Shown here piece after piece: positions 34,664-56,440 of a stretch of 64,000 nucleotides of DNA. This DNA comes from the human T2T-CHM13v2.0 reference genome, Homo sapiens: assembly GCF_009914755.1 (NCBI RefSeq), contig NC_060926.1. One strand, given 5' to 3'. Each line of letters starts with the position of its first letter. The stretch's first letter is position 1. The notes beneath the pieces were generated by a model that ran no database searches, had not been told where the DNA came from, and worked only from the letters and a program-made list of their open reading frames with translations. The position numbers were made by a program, and so were the translations under genes.

Positions 34664-36220
34664 TGAGAGGTGACAGCGTGCTGGCAGTCCTCGCAGCCCT
34701 CGCTCGCTCTCGGCGCCTCCTCTGCCTGGGCTCCCACTTTGGCGGCACTTGTGGAGCCCTTCAGCCCGCCACTGCACTGTGGGAGCCCCTTTCTGGGCTG
34801 GCCAAAGCCGGAGCCAGCACCCTCAGCTTGCGGGGAGGTGTGGAGGGAGAGGCGCGGGCGGGAACCGGGGCTGTACGCGGTGCTTGCGGGCCAGCGCGAG
34901 TTCCGGGTGGGCGTGGCCCCGGCGGACCCTGCACTCAGAGCAGCCGGCCGGCTGGCCCTGCCGGCCCGAGCAATGAGAGGCTTAGCACCTGGGCCAGCAG
35001 CTGCTGTGCTCAATTTCTCGCCGGGCCTTAGCTGCCTTCCCGCGGGGCAGGGCTTGGGACCTGCAGCCCACCATGCCTGAGCCTCCCCGCCACTCCGTGG
35101 GCTCCTGTGCGGCCCGAGCCTCCCCGATGAGCGCCGCCTCCTGCTCCACGGCGCCCAGTCCCATCGACCATCCAAGGGCTGAGGAGTGCAGGCACACGGC
35201 GCGGGACTGGCAGGCAGCTCCACCTGCAGCCCCCGTGGGGGATCCACTGGGTGAAGCCAGCTGGGCTCCTAGGTCTGGTGGGGACGTGGAGAACTTTTAT
35301 GTCTAGCTAAGGGATTGTAAATACACCAGTCGGCACTCTGTATCTAGCTCAAGGTTTGTAAACACACCAATCAGCACCCTGTGTCTAGCTCAGGGTTTGT
35401 GAATGCACCAATCCACACTGTATCTAGTTACTCTGGTGGGGACTTGGAGAACCTTTATGTAGACATAAATCTAGCTCAGGGATTGTAAATACACCAATCG
35501 GCACTCTGTATCTAGCTCAAGGTTTGTAAACACACCAATCAGCACCCTGTGTCTAGCTCAGGGTTTGTGAATGCACCAATCCACACTCTGTATCTAGCTA
35601 CTCTGGTGGGGACTTGGAGAACCTTTGTGTCCACACTCTGTATCTAGCTAATCTGGTGGGGACATGGAGAACTTTTGTGTCTAGCTCAGGGATTGTAAAC
35701 GCACCAATCAGCGCCCTGTCAAAACAGACTACTTGGCTCTACCAATCAGCAGGATGTGGTGGGGCCAGATAAGAGAATAAAAGCAGGCTGCCCAAGCCAG
35801 CAGTGGCAAGTGCTTGGGCCCCCTTCCATGCTGTGGAAGCTTTGTTCTTTTTCTCTTTGCAATAAATCTTGCTGCTGCTCACTCTTTGGGTCCACACTGC
35901 CTTTACGAGCTGTAACACTCACCGCGAAAGTCTGCAGCTTCACCCCTGAAGCCAGGGAGACCACGAACCCATCCGGAGGAACGAACAACTCCAGACGCGC
36001 GGCTTTAAGTGCTGTAACACTCACTGCGAAAGTCTGCAGCTTCACTCCTGAGCCAGCGAAACCACAAACCCACCAGAAGGAAGAAACTCCGAACACATCC
36101 GAACATCAGAAGGAACAAACTGCGAACACGCCGCCTTTAAGAACTGTAACACTCACCGCGAGGGTCCACGGCTTCATTCTTGAAGTCAGTGAGACCAAGA
36201 ACCCACCAATTCCGGACACA
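34664..36220 (+). mobile_element. Solo LTR12C (ERV9), inserted into an older antisense Alu
   Basis: Termini tgagaggtgacagcgtgctggcag...accaattccggacaca, with a CpG-rich U3 and tandem ctagct/CCAAT repeats. Flanks ctac/cgac form a 4-bp TSD with one mismatch. The host Alu halves lie at ~34528-34663 and 36221-36370. Confidence 0.95.
35270..35870 (+). promoter_or_regulatory. LTR12C enhancer/promoter: CCAAT (NF-Y) repeat array, GATA, TATA-like box
   Basis: Repeated accaatc motifs at ~35365-35747, agataa at 35767-35772, aataaaa at 35776-35782, and the LTR polyA aataaa at 35861-35866. Confidence 0.75.
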
Positions 36221-36379
36221 CGACCACACCTGGCTAATTTTTGTATTTTTTGTGGAGACTGGGTATTGCCATGTTGCCCAGGCTAGTTTCCAACTCCTGA
36301 GCTCAAGCAATTTGCCCACCTCATCCTCTGGAAGTACTGGGATTACAGGCATAAGCCACCATGTCTGGCCTATGCCCCC

Positions 36380-36398
36380 CTCTCTCTATATATACATA

Positions 36399-36429
<31 letters not shown>

Positions 36430-36520
36430 TACACAAACACACACATATATACACATATATATATACACATATATACACACATATATATATACACACACAT
36501 ATGTATATATATATATATTT
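36380..36520. repeat. Compound (TA)n/(CA)n microsatellite
   Basis: Seen directly in the sequence. Confidence 0.9.
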
Positions 36521-36604
36521 TTTTTTAAGAGACAGGTTCTCGGCCAGGTGCAGTGGCTCATGCCTGTAATCTCAGCACTTTGGGAGGCTGAGGCGGGTGG
36601 ATCA

Positions 36605-36896
<292 letters not shown>

Positions 36897-37652
36897 CTAG
36901 CTCACTGATGCCTCGAACTTCTGGTCTTAAGTGATCTTCTCACGTCAGCCTCCTGAGTAGCTGGGACCACAGGAATGTGCCGCCACACCATGTTTCATCA
37001 TGTTGGCCAGGCTGGTCTCAAACTCCTGGTCTCAAGTGATCTACCCGCCTCAGCCTCCCAAAGTGCTGAGATTACAGATGTGAGCCACTGTGCCCAGCCT
37101 GCATATTTCTTACATTTTTTTTCTCAAAACATGTCTTTTCTCAGTTATATGCCTAATTTTGTTTCATAATTTTTATCCTTTAGCTTAATGAGAGTCCCTC
37201 CCTGCTACCCCTTCCCCCAAGTCCCACAAACCTTGGCTCTGCTCCTGGCTGAGACGCTTGGACTTTGCAAAGAGACCAGAGCCTAAGGAATACAGAGCAT
37301 GCACTGTGAACAGGAACAGGGCCAGTGCATACAGCTGTGGCTAGAAGGCACAGGCTAAAGTGTAGTGGTGCTATCACAGCTTGCTGCAGCCTTGGCCTCA
37401 TGGGCTGAGGCAATCCTCCCACCTCAGCCTCCTGAGTAGCTGGGATATCAGGCCTGTGCCACCACAGCCAGCTAATTTTTTTATTTTTAGTAGAGATGGG
37501 GTTTCACCATGTTGACCACGCTGGTCTTGAACTCCTGACCTCAGGTGATCCACCAACCTCGGCCTCCCAAAGTGCTGGGTGCTGGGATTACAGGTATGAG
37601 CCACCACACCCGACTGATATAAATTATTATTATTGCCAGGCGCCATGGCTTA

Positions 37653-38310
<658 letters not shown>

Positions 38311-38574
38311 TGAGGTGGGCAGAACACCTGAGGCCGGGAGTTCAAGACCAGCCTGGCCAACATGGCAAACCCCGTCTCTACTAAAAATGCAAAACTTAGC
38401 CAGGTGTGGTGGCTGGTGCCTGTAGTCCCAGCCAGTTGGGAGGCTGAGGCAGGAGAATTGCTTGAACCAGGAGGCGGAGGTTGCAGTGAGCAGAGATCGT
38501 GCCACTACACTCCAGCCTGGGCAACAGAAGGAGGCTGTGTCTCAAAAAAAAAACGAAAGAAAAGAAAAAGTTGC

Positions 38575-39442
<868 letters not shown>

Positions 39443-39712
39443 TGATCCGCCCGCCTCAGCCTCCCAAAGTGCTGGGATTACAGGCATGAGCCACCGCACC
39501 CAGCCCTGTTCTGTGAGTTTTAAATTATTTTAAAAATAAACACTCGGCCAGGCGTGGTGGCTCACACCTGGAATCCTAGCACTTTGGGAGGCCGAGGCGG
39601 GTGGATTGCCTGAGGTCGGGAGTTTGAGACCAGCCTGGCCAATATGGTAAAACCCAGTATCTACTAAAAATACAAAAATTAGCTGGGTGTGGTGGCAGGA
39701 GCCTGTAATCTA

Positions 39713-39825
<113 letters not shown>

Positions 39826-40318
39826 TCAGAAAGAATAACAATAAAGTAAAATAAAATAAACACACAACAAAAACCATAAACAGTGTGTCTGACTCATCAG
39901 TCCTCATGCCTTCCAGGCCCATCTCGCCTGCTAACCATTTGTGTGACTTTTCAGAATCACTTTCCTTTTCTTGGCCTACTTTTCCTTATTGCAAAATAAA
40001 AGCTTTGGATATTAACAAATAATCACTTTAGGCCAGCATGGTAGATCATGCCTGTCACCCCAGCATTTTGGGAGGCTGAGATGGGGAGATTGCTTGAGGC
40101 CAGGAGTTTGAGACCAGCCTGAGCAACATAGCAAGACCCCATCTCTACAAAAAATACAAAAATTAGTTGGGCATGGTAGCATGCACCTCAGTCCCAGCTA
40201 CTTGGGAGGCTGAGGTAGGAGGATCGCTTGAGCCCAGGAGTTGGAGGTTATAGCTATGATTGCTCCACTGCACTCCAGCCTGGGTGACAGAGGGAGACCT
40301 TGTCTCAAAATTAATAAC

Positions 40319-40359
40319 AATCATCATCATCATCATCATTATCATCATCATCATCATCA
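40319..40359. repeat. (CAT)n microsatellite in an Alu tail
   Basis: Seen directly in the sequence. Confidence 0.9.
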
Positions 40360-40759
40360 CTTTGGTTTCCTAGCCCAAAGAGGGAAGCACCCCGCCTCTC
40401 CCCCTACCCTGTTGTGAAGAAGGGAAAAGTGGCTGAGCACTGGGGTGCCTTAGAGCGGCTTTGTGCCCTCTTTGTGCTCTACTACCCGGGAGCCCAATCC
40501 TGGTGTCACACAAACAGCCGGCCCCAGCGCTGGGCCTGTCGAAAAGCAGGTCCGCTGTGAGGATGGCTGTGAATAACAAAGGGCTGGGACTGAGATTCTC
40601 ACACATTAGTGAGTGTTCATAGAAATCATCTGGTGGGGGCTTGCTGCGGTGGCTCACGCCTTTAATCCCAGCACTTTGGGAGGCCGAGGCAGACAGTTCA
40701 CTTTGAGGTCAGAAGTTTGAGACCAGCCTGGCCAACATTGTGAAACCCTGTCTCTGCTA

Positions 40760-40903
<144 letters not shown>

Positions 40904-42387
40904 TCAAAAAAAAAAAAAAAGAAAGAAAGGAAGGAATCACCAGCCAGGCGTGTGGCTCATGCCTGTAATCCCAGCTACCCGGGAGGCTGAGGCTCCTCAT
41001 GAAGTCAGGAGTTCGAGACCAGCCTGGCCAATATGGTGAAACCCCATCTCTACTAAAAATACAAAAATTAGCCAGGTGTGGTGAGGTGAGCCTGTAATCC
41101 CAGCTACCCGGGAGGCTGAGGCAGGAGAATTGCTTGAACCCAGGAGGTGGAGGTTGGAGTGAGCCAAGACCGCACACTGCACTCCAGCCTGGGCAATAGA
41201 GTGAGACTACATCTCAAAAAAAAAAAAAAAAAAAAAAAAAAAGGAGAAAAAAAAGAAAGAAAGAGAAAGAAAAAAAAAGAAGTCATCTGGAGGTGCTCAT
41301 TTAAGTTCAAGGTTGCAGTGAGCTATGATTGCACTACTGCACTCCAGCCGGGGTGACAGAGCAAGACTCTGTCACAAAAGAAAAAAAAAAGCACTTATCA
41401 TTATCCAACATGCAATATGTTTTCTTGATTAAAGTCTTTCTCCTAACCCTAGAATGTAGGCACCATGAGGACAGGGACTTTTTTTTTTTTTTTTTTTGAG
41501 ACAGTCTCACTCTGTCACCCAGGCTAGAATGCAGCGATCTTGGCTCACTGCAACCTCTGCCTCCCGGGTTCAAGTGATTCTCCTGCCTCAGCTCTCCAAA
41601 GTAGCTGGGATTACAGGTGCACACCACCATGCCCAGCTAATTTTTTTGGTATTTTTAGTAGGGATGACGTTTCGTCATGTTGGCTAAGCTGGTCTTGAAC
41701 TGCTAGCCTCAAGTGATCCACCTGCCTAAGCCTCCCAAAGTGCTGGGATTACAGACATGAGTCACCACACCCAGCCACGGATTGTCTTTTCTGTTCATTG
41801 CTGTATTCCCAGCACTTAGAACATTACCTGGAACATATAGGTAACGAGTGCTTAATAAATACTTGTCTAATGAATGAATGAATGCACTTGCAAGAGGTGC
41901 GTTTGAGTTCCAGGCAGGAAGAAGAAAACAGAAGAGGAGAAAAGGATGGTATCTATATCAGGAAAGCAAAAACTTTTCCAGAAATCCCTAGCAGATTTCT
42001 ACTTACATCTCCTAGCCAAAACCATGTCACATGGCAACCCATTGCTGTAAGAGTCTGGGAATATGAATATTTTTACCTGGGCACACTGCCCTTCTTGAAC
42101 AAAATTATCTTTTAAGCAAGGAGGAAGGGAAGAATGGATATTGGAAAGGCAACCTGTAGTGTCTACCAGTGGGTTTATCCTGGACCTGATCAAGCAGAAT
42201 CTGAGGATGGTAATTTTTTTTTTTTTTTTTGAGACGGAGTTTCACCCTTGTCACCCAGGCTGGAGTGCAGTGGCACAATCTAGGCTCACTGCAACCTCCG
42301 CCTCCTGGATGCAAGCTATTCCCCTGCCTGTAGCTGGGATTACAGGTGCCCACCACCACGTCCGTCTAATTTTTGTATTTTTAATAG

Positions 42388-42612
<225 letters not shown>

Positions 42613-42683
42613 TGAGGCAGGTGGCTCACCTGAGGTCAGGAGTTCAAGACCAGCCTGGCTAAGGTGGTAAAACTCTGTCTCTA

Positions 42684-42848
<165 letters not shown>

Positions 42849-43747
42849 TCAAAAAAAAAAAAAAAAAGAAAAGGAAAAAGAAAAATGGCCGGGGTAATAA
42901 AATGAGCCTAGATTGAAATTTTCTTTCTTTTTCACTTTTTCTCTCTTTTTTTGAGATGGTGTCTCGTTATGTTGCCCAGTCTGATCTTGAATTCCCAGGC
43001 TTAAGCGATCCTCCTGCCTTTAGCCTCCTGAGTAGCTGGGATTTCAGGCGTGTGCCACCATGCCCGGCTCCAGATTAAAATTTTCTAAAGCCATCCTCCT
43101 GGGTGATGGACACACTGGCAAAGAACATCTGTTGTGCTGGCTGCCCAGAGCCCATTCGACTCCACTCCTACTTCCATCATCTTTTTTGAGAAATACTTTT
43201 ATTTCTACCTCATCCCTCCCCCACATCTGCATGGTTACAGCCTTGGGACTCTTGGAGGTTTTGTTCGTACATCATATTCCCACCTACCTGACCCAAACTG
43301 CTAAATCAGAGTCCCATTCCCATAAATTTGGCATTGGGACCAAGATGCTAACTCTCTCCGGATGGCTGGATCATGTACCCAGAGAGCTGCTAGCAGATGT
43401 GTTTCCTACATCATGAACTGGAGCAGCTGAGGACAGAGTGTGAACCCCACACAGAAGGAAGTGTGGTGAAACAGAGAGGGTCTTTGTGGTGTTTGAGTCC
43501 CTGGTACTAGGTCATTCCTGAGGCCTGGGTCTTTCCTTGCCTTTGTGTGCCACAGCACGCCTCTGGGTCAGGCCAGCTTAAATGATTTTTTAGTGGTAGC
43601 CAAGAGTTCTAACTCACACTCACCCCATCCATCCTACGCCAAGGGGACAAGGACAAAGGGTAGTGTTTTCTACGCCCCAGCTCTAGGTTCTGAGAACAAA
43701 AAGAAGTAACTCTGTGGAGAGCAGGTGTCCAGTTTTGGAAGAAGTGA

Positions 43748-44216
<469 letters not shown>

Positions 44217-45507
44217 TGAGTGGTTTTACAATAGGACCTCTAGGCAAGGGTCTGCAGATCTGGTCTGATGCCGAACCTTGCCCATTGAGATAAATCACTC
44301 TGTCCTCTGTCCCTGGCTGTCACCACTTGGGAACCATGTATAGTGCCTGTCAGTTTTCCATGGGCTAGAGAAGTAGTGTGGCAAAGAGGGCAAAACATGG
44401 GTTCTAGAGTCTGCAAGTCCAGCTTCATCACGTACTGGGTCTTTAGCCAGTTAGTTAATTTCGCTTACTTCCATCTCTCAATCAGTCACCATAATCCTCT
44501 CACTAGGAGAATGAAATGAGTGTGAGTGTGTGTGTCTGTGTGTGTAAAGCACCTTACACAATACCTAGCAAACGCCCCCGAAGCAGCAGAGCCACTCCAG
44601 CCCTGGAACCCTGTTAGAGATCAGGGTGAGAGCCTGGCACAGAGACAGGACATCCCTCTAAGAAAACTGTCAGTGCCAAAATAGTTGGTTTACTGCCTGA
44701 TTTTTGCAGCAGACAAACTTCAGTGCTCCCCTAGGAGTCAGGGTTCAAAGCTTTGTGTTTGTTTGTTTTTTAGCAATAACTAATTTTCATTTCCTGTAAG
44801 ACCTCCACACTACAGAGAGCTAGTGGCTAGAACCCAGCAGGAGGGAAAATAGGTCCTGAGAAGAGAGGATAAGGGAAGCTAGTCTTTCTTTTCGAGACAG
44901 TTTCACTCTTGTTGGCTAGGCTGGAGTGCAATGCCACAATCTCAGCTCACCTCAACTTCTGCCTCCTGTGTTCAAGCGATTCTCCTGCCTCAGCCTCCTG
45001 AGTAGCTGGGACTACAGGTGTGCACCACCATGCCTGGCTAATTTTTGTATTTTTAGTAAAGACAGAGTTTCACCATGTTGGCCAGGCTGGTCTTGAACTC
45101 CTGACCTCAGGGATCCACCTGCCTCAACCTCCCAAAGTGCTGGGATTACAGGCGTGAGCCACCGCACTCGGCCTAGACTTTCAAGTTATTGTAATTCAGC
45201 ACCCATCAGGGCCAGGCACATCTGTGTGGTTTACATGCATTCTTTCCTCCTTTAACCCCTTTGGTGGATCAATGAGGGCATAGGGAGTATGACAGTGACA
45301 GCTAATCTGGACACCACTGAGGCAGTTCTGAAATCTGCCAGTTGCTCAGAATTAACTGGTTGGGGACGACCAGCCTAGAACACAAACAGCTGCTGCCATA
45401 GTCCCGGCACAGACTTCCGACTAGTGCCTGGGACCTGCTCCCCAGCCCTATTGGGCAAACAGATCTCCATTTATTAAGCAACCAGTTCTTTTCCAAAGTG
45501 CTGATAA

Positions 45508-45840
<333 letters not shown>

Positions 45841-45899
45841 TGAGCCCCTACTGGAAAAACATGGAAGAGAGAGAAAGGAGAAAATGAAAAAGGGAGGGA

Positions 45900-45970
45900 G
45901 TTAAAGTAGGAAGAAACAAAGGGAAGAGAAGTAAGGCAGTCAACTCCGTGACGATACTCATTCCTTTATT
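45900..45970 (-). terminator. KIF3C: KIF3C polyadenylation signal and U-rich downstream element
   Basis: tttatt at 45965-45970 (AATAAA on -). Downstream on - the sequence is U-rich: ccttacttctcttccctttgtttcttcc. Confidence 0.8.
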
Positions 45971-48324
45971 GTCAACTGCGTTGATTGGAACAGGGCTGGG
46001 GCCTGCAAGCTGCTGGCAGCACCCAGCTGCAGGTGCATTTCAGCTCAACAGAAAGGCCTCCATCCGAAGCCAAGGGGACAGAGGGGAATGTTTTATATAT
46101 ATATTTATATATTACATATGTCCCGTATAGTCATATGTGTAGAGTGACAAGAATGGGCCACTGCATTGTTAATTGTTGTCCTAAATAAAGACCATAGCAA
46201 CACACGAGAATTTGGTCCTAATCAAGGCCCTTACTTTGTCAATCAAATATTTGATACACCAAAAGGAAAAGGAGAGAAAGAGAGACAGAGAGACTGAGAT
46301 CCAGCCACTCCTGGTGGCCCTGTTCCCAGCAGATCTTACACTGAGTGTAGAGTGTCCCCTGTGGAGGTAAACACGCACACAAACACGCACACACATACAC
46401 ACATACACAAAACCGCAGGCAGGAGCTCCTCCTCCGACCATACCTTGGGCCCAGCCCTCGGACTGCGGGGGCTGATTTGGGTATATTGTGCTATAAGACT
46501 GTGAGGGAGGTGTGACAAGACAATGCAAAGGCGATGTGTCCAAGTGATGAATGAGGTGATACGTGCTGCTTTGTCCACAAACGAGAAAGAGGTCAGTGGG
46601 AGAGGCTGCTCAACGCAGCCCTGGAGGTCCCCCTGCGCTCAGGCCACCTGGTGAATTTCTACACACAACTCCTGTCCCAGCCACAGTCGAACCTCTGATC
46701 TGAATCCTGAGTCTCAAATAATCTCTTGGGCTCTGATGAAAATTGTGATTTCCTGGAAGGACAGGAGCAAATGGCAAGTGGGTGGCTCAACCCTCTAGTC
46801 CAGTAATGAAGCAGAAATGACAGTGTCGCTGAGTTAAATCAGACCCAAGCTTGATCCTCAGAGCAGAACTTGAATGATGTAAGAAGGGTTCATTTCCTGA
46901 AGGAAAGAGAATAACCCCCGCCACCACCTCCCACACCCCCCATTTCAGGCAGATCTGTCAGTCTCATGGTTTCACCCCAACGACAGCACTCTTCATATTC
47001 TAGGAACTGGAGACTCACACTATTAGGGCACTTTGAAATCCTAATTCACTCGCTTGCTTTCGTTATTACCTCTTCACCCGTCCTCCAAAATATACACTTA
47101 AAAAGCCAGTCAATGAACATTAACCATTTTTTTTTGTAGAAATTTACTTATCACTTGAGATACCTAGAGACATTTTGGGCCATCACAAAGGAAGGTAAGG
47201 AGTATCCCCCTAGGAACCAATTTGCGTAACTAGTGAATAAAGGATCTATTGTCAACAAAATAATACCTTAAAGATGCAATTCAGAAACAGGGGTAACAGG
47301 CAAAGCTGGAAAAGATTGTGCCTGGGCTTCTGTTTCCTGTGACAGATGAAGGGAAAAAGCAATAGATGTTAATATCTTCGTTTAGCGAGGGGTAGAATGA
47401 CATTGACTCCTCCCACTGTGAACGGGGTCTAGGCAGCTGCAGGGAGAAATGATCGAAGCAGGCAGGAGCAGCCTCTTGAAAATGGGGAGTTGCCTTGAGA
47501 GCCTGTCGACCAAAATGACTCCTCGGAGGGGACAGAAACAAAGGAATCCAGTGGAGGGACTTCCGTTGATGACTGTTCAAGTTGTCTCAATTGCTGTTCC
47601 ATTTCCTGCAGGTTCCAAGGCGATGGTAATTGCTTGGTCCACAGTTCCCATCCAAGGTGGGCAGAAAGCAGAGTTTGGGAAGCCGTGAGTTCTTGTCAAA
47701 GCTGAAGGGCATGAGCTATGTTGGTGAGGTTATTAATGTCCTTGAAAAGGAGCCCAAGAGGCTGAATGAGGTTGTCTGAGGCTCAGAAAGTGGAGAGTGG
47801 GGCTGTGTCCACGGGGAGCAGATGCCCAACACTGTCAGGATGTCTCTTGTCCTCAGGGAACACCAAGCAGTCTCCCAGTCCCAGAAAGTGCTCAGGGGCT
47901 GCTCGCCATCAGTGTGGGAGAAGATGGAGGTTATGGAGTGCGGTGGGTAGAAAAGGGACTGTCTTCTCAGGCACTGGCTACCTTCCCTTCTGGAGGCAGC
48001 TGACAGGGGGACAAGCCTGAGATCTGACTGGGGGAGCTCTCAAGTCAGAAGAAAAAGAGGCTACGCAGTGACCACGGTAGGCCCAGACGGCTCAGGCGAG
48101 GGCATCTCCCCAACACGAACTGAGCTCCGCGAATAAATAACATGAATTAAATAAAGGAGGCGAAGAAGAGCAGGCAGAGGCACCATCTGCCAGATTCTCA
48201 CCCCTGCACACACGCACACGCACATGCACGCACACGCACACGCACCAAGCGGCAGATGAGATGAGCCAGGGTTGGCTGCCCCATCCCAGGAGTCTATTGG
48301 ATGGGCAGCCTGACGTGATGGTTG
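45949..48324 (-). other. KIF3C: KIF3C 3' UTR (~2.4 kb; 3' end approximate)
   Basis: Unique, Alu-free sequence from the stop codon to an AATAAA signal, followed by a CA cleavage candidate at 45949-45950. Confidence 0.85.
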
Positions 48325-48418
48325 TCACTCATGGTCCGCCACTGTTGCAGGGCGCAGAGAAGCAGAGGCCAGGGAGGCATGTGTGGTGGAAGGTGGAGGC
48401 CGCTGAGGACTCTGGCAC
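48325..48418 (-). CDS. KIF3C: KIF3C terminal exon, coding part
   Basis: ccctgcag|G TGC CAG...; the first G completes Trp, then [30 protein letters not shown] and TGA (tca at 48325-48327 on +). Phase is consistent with the upstream exon. Confidence 0.95.
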
Positions 48419-48651
48419 CTGCAGGGGAGATGACGCAGGCGAAAGGGGAGGTTAGGGAAATACAGGAAACAGGAAAGTGGGTCCTCTCCTTTGCCCCATC
48501 CTGTTGCTGCAGGAATCCTTCTGACATCCCCAGTCACCCCTTGCCCTTCCTGCCCTTCGGGTACCAGCAAAACCCTCTTTAGCATCACCCAGCGCCTGCA
48601 GTTCCCCTGCCTCCTGGGTCCAGTGCTGCCTGGGACCATGGAGGTACTGAC

Positions 48652-49410
<759 letters not shown>

Positions 49411-49574
49411 CTGTAGGAAAGAGGCTATATTAGAAAGGATTTCTGTGGAACACAAACAGCAAATGACATCATGAGGACCTAAATATCATTCAGGTAGCTA
49501 GGAGGCCCTGCAGACTGCAAGTTCTGGAATTTTCTTCTCCTTGCTCTAATACAGCTTGACAACTGAAGCTAGTG

Positions 49575-50868
<1,294 letters not shown>

Positions 50869-51264
50869 TGTAACACAAAGAGGTACATATTAATATTTCT
50901 TCACTCCTGTTGCTTTAAATTGTTTCTGCAGTAGAAAGGACTGATTGAAGGCTGAAATGAAATCCAGTCTCACTTTAGCTTGTAGCTTTATATACTTTTT
51001 TTTTTTCAAAGTCTTGCTCTGTCACCCAGGCTGGAGTGCAGTGGTGCGATCTCAGTTCACTGCAACCTCCGCCTCCTGAGTTCAAGTGATTCTTGTGCCT
51101 CAGCCTCCTGAGCAGCTGAGATTACAGGCAAACACCACCACACCCGGCTAATTTTTGTATTTTCAGTAGAGGACAGGGTTTCACCATGTTGGCTGGTCTC
51201 GAACTCCTGACCTCAAGTGATCTCCCTGCCTTGGCCTCCCAAAGTACTGGGATTACAGACGTGA

Positions 51265-51582
<318 letters not shown>

Positions 51583-51805
51583 TGATCCGCCCACCTCAGC
51601 CTCCCAAAGTTCTGGGATTACAGACATAGGCCACTGCGCCTGGCCGGTAATTTTTAACTTTTAGTAGAGACAGGGGGTTTCACCATCTTGGCCAGGCTGG
51701 TCTCAAACTCCTGACCTCAGGTAATCCTCCTGCCTCGGCCTCCCAAAGTGCTGGGATTATAGGCATGAGCCACTCCACCCAGCCTATTTTTCTTCATAGG
51801 AGTTA

Positions 51806-54115
<2,310 letters not shown>

Positions 54116-54301
54116 ACAGGCCAGCCTCAGAGACTCATGCTTGTAATCCCCACGCTTTGGGAGGCCGAGGTGGGAGGATCATCTGAGGCCAGGAGTCTGA
54201 GGCTGTAGCGTGCTATGATTGTGCCAATGAATAGTCACTGCACTCCAACCTGGGCTACAGAGCGAAGATCCCAGCTCTAATTTAAAAAAAAAAAAAGTTT
54301 A

Positions 54302-54391
<90 letters not shown>

Positions 54392-54394
54392 CTA

Positions 54395-54607
<213 letters not shown>

Positions 54608-55120
54608 TTAAATGCATATTCTTTGACCCAAATTTCTCCTCCTAGGAACTTCACTAAGCAAATAATCAGAGGTAAAGAGAAAAATTTACATGCAGGGGTA
54701 TTTGCTGAAGCCTTTTTTTTTTCTATAGACAGAGTCTTGCTCTGTCACCCAAGCTGGAGTGTGATGGCAACATCATAGCTCACTGCAGCCTCAAATTCCT
54801 GGGCTCAAATAGTCTTCCTGCCTCAGCCTCCTGAGTAGATAGGTCTACAGGCAGGTGCCACCACACCTGGCTAATTTTGTTATTTTTTGACAGGGTCTCA
54901 CTCTGTTGCCCAGGCTGGTTTTGAACTCCTTGCCTCAAGCTATCCTTCCACCTCAGCCTCCCAAAGTGCTGGGACTTTAAGTATGAGCCACTGTGCCTGG
55001 CCCTGAAGCATTATTTACAACTGCAAAAAATTAGAAACAACCAAAATGGGGTTGGTTAAATTATTAGGACCCAGTTACATTACTATTCAGTCCTATGAAG
55101 GAACTTTATGTAGTCAATAA

Positions 55121-55507
<387 letters not shown>

Positions 55508-56244
55508 TTAATAAAAGAGCAAATAAAAAGATGAAGTTTTTGTTTGTATTTTTAAATTTTTTGTAGAGATGGGGTCTCGCTATGTTGTCCAGGCTGGTCT
55601 CAAACTCCTGGCCTCAAGTGATCCCCCAGCCTCAGTGTCCCCAAGTGTTGGGATTACAGGCATAAGCCAGCATACCTGGCCAGTTTTAAGGAAATGCGTG
55701 TGTGTGTGTCTGCTTAGGAAAAAGTCTAGATATTCAACAAAATGTTGACAGTTATAATCTTTGAATTGTGTGATTATGGGTGATTTTTATTTTCTCTCTG
55801 CCTTTCTGCAATATCTCAAAAATTTTTTTACAATGAATATGTATAACTTTATACTAATTAATTAGTTCAAACATCTACAGGAAATATGTATCTGTATGCC
55901 TGCCATCCAGTTTTGTAAAGAATGCTGCTGTGAACATTTCTAAAGGTATTTTCATGCTTATATTTAACATTTTCCCTGGGGTATGGATCCAGGAATGGAA
56001 GTGTTGCATTGCAGGGTATGTGGATTTTCAGCTTTACTTGATATTGTCAATTGCTTTTCAAAGTGATTACACTTATGGAAGTTTCCATTGGTCTACATCC
56101 TAGAGAGCTCATTGAGTGCTATTCACTTTCAGCAATTTGGTGAGTGTGATGGATTATTAAAATACTTTTACTACCCTGAACAAAAACAAACAGAAAAAAG
56201 AAAGGAAAGAAAACAAGAAAGCTACTTCCATTTAAAAAAATAAA

Positions 56245-56440
56245 AGAACACAGGTTTTGGAGTAAGGCAGACCTGGGTTTGAATGCTGGCTCTGCCCCTT
56301 CAAGCTCTTTTACTTGGGGAAGTGGCTTACTATCTCTGAGCCTCAGATATATCATCCCTATCATACAGAATTTCTGAGATTAAACAAGACAAGCACTTAG
56401 CACAGTACACCCGCCACAGGGCTTAACACATGGCAGCTGT
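56245..56440 (+). mobile_element. MIR SINE
   Basis: Contains ttggagtaaggcagacctgggtttgaatgctggctctgcc...tctctgagcctcag...aagcacttagcacagt. Confidence 0.7.

Noticed and set aside
34657-36286. ORFs of 116-195 aa on both strands
   Set aside because: They lie within the GC-rich LTR12C and have no protein-family resemblance.
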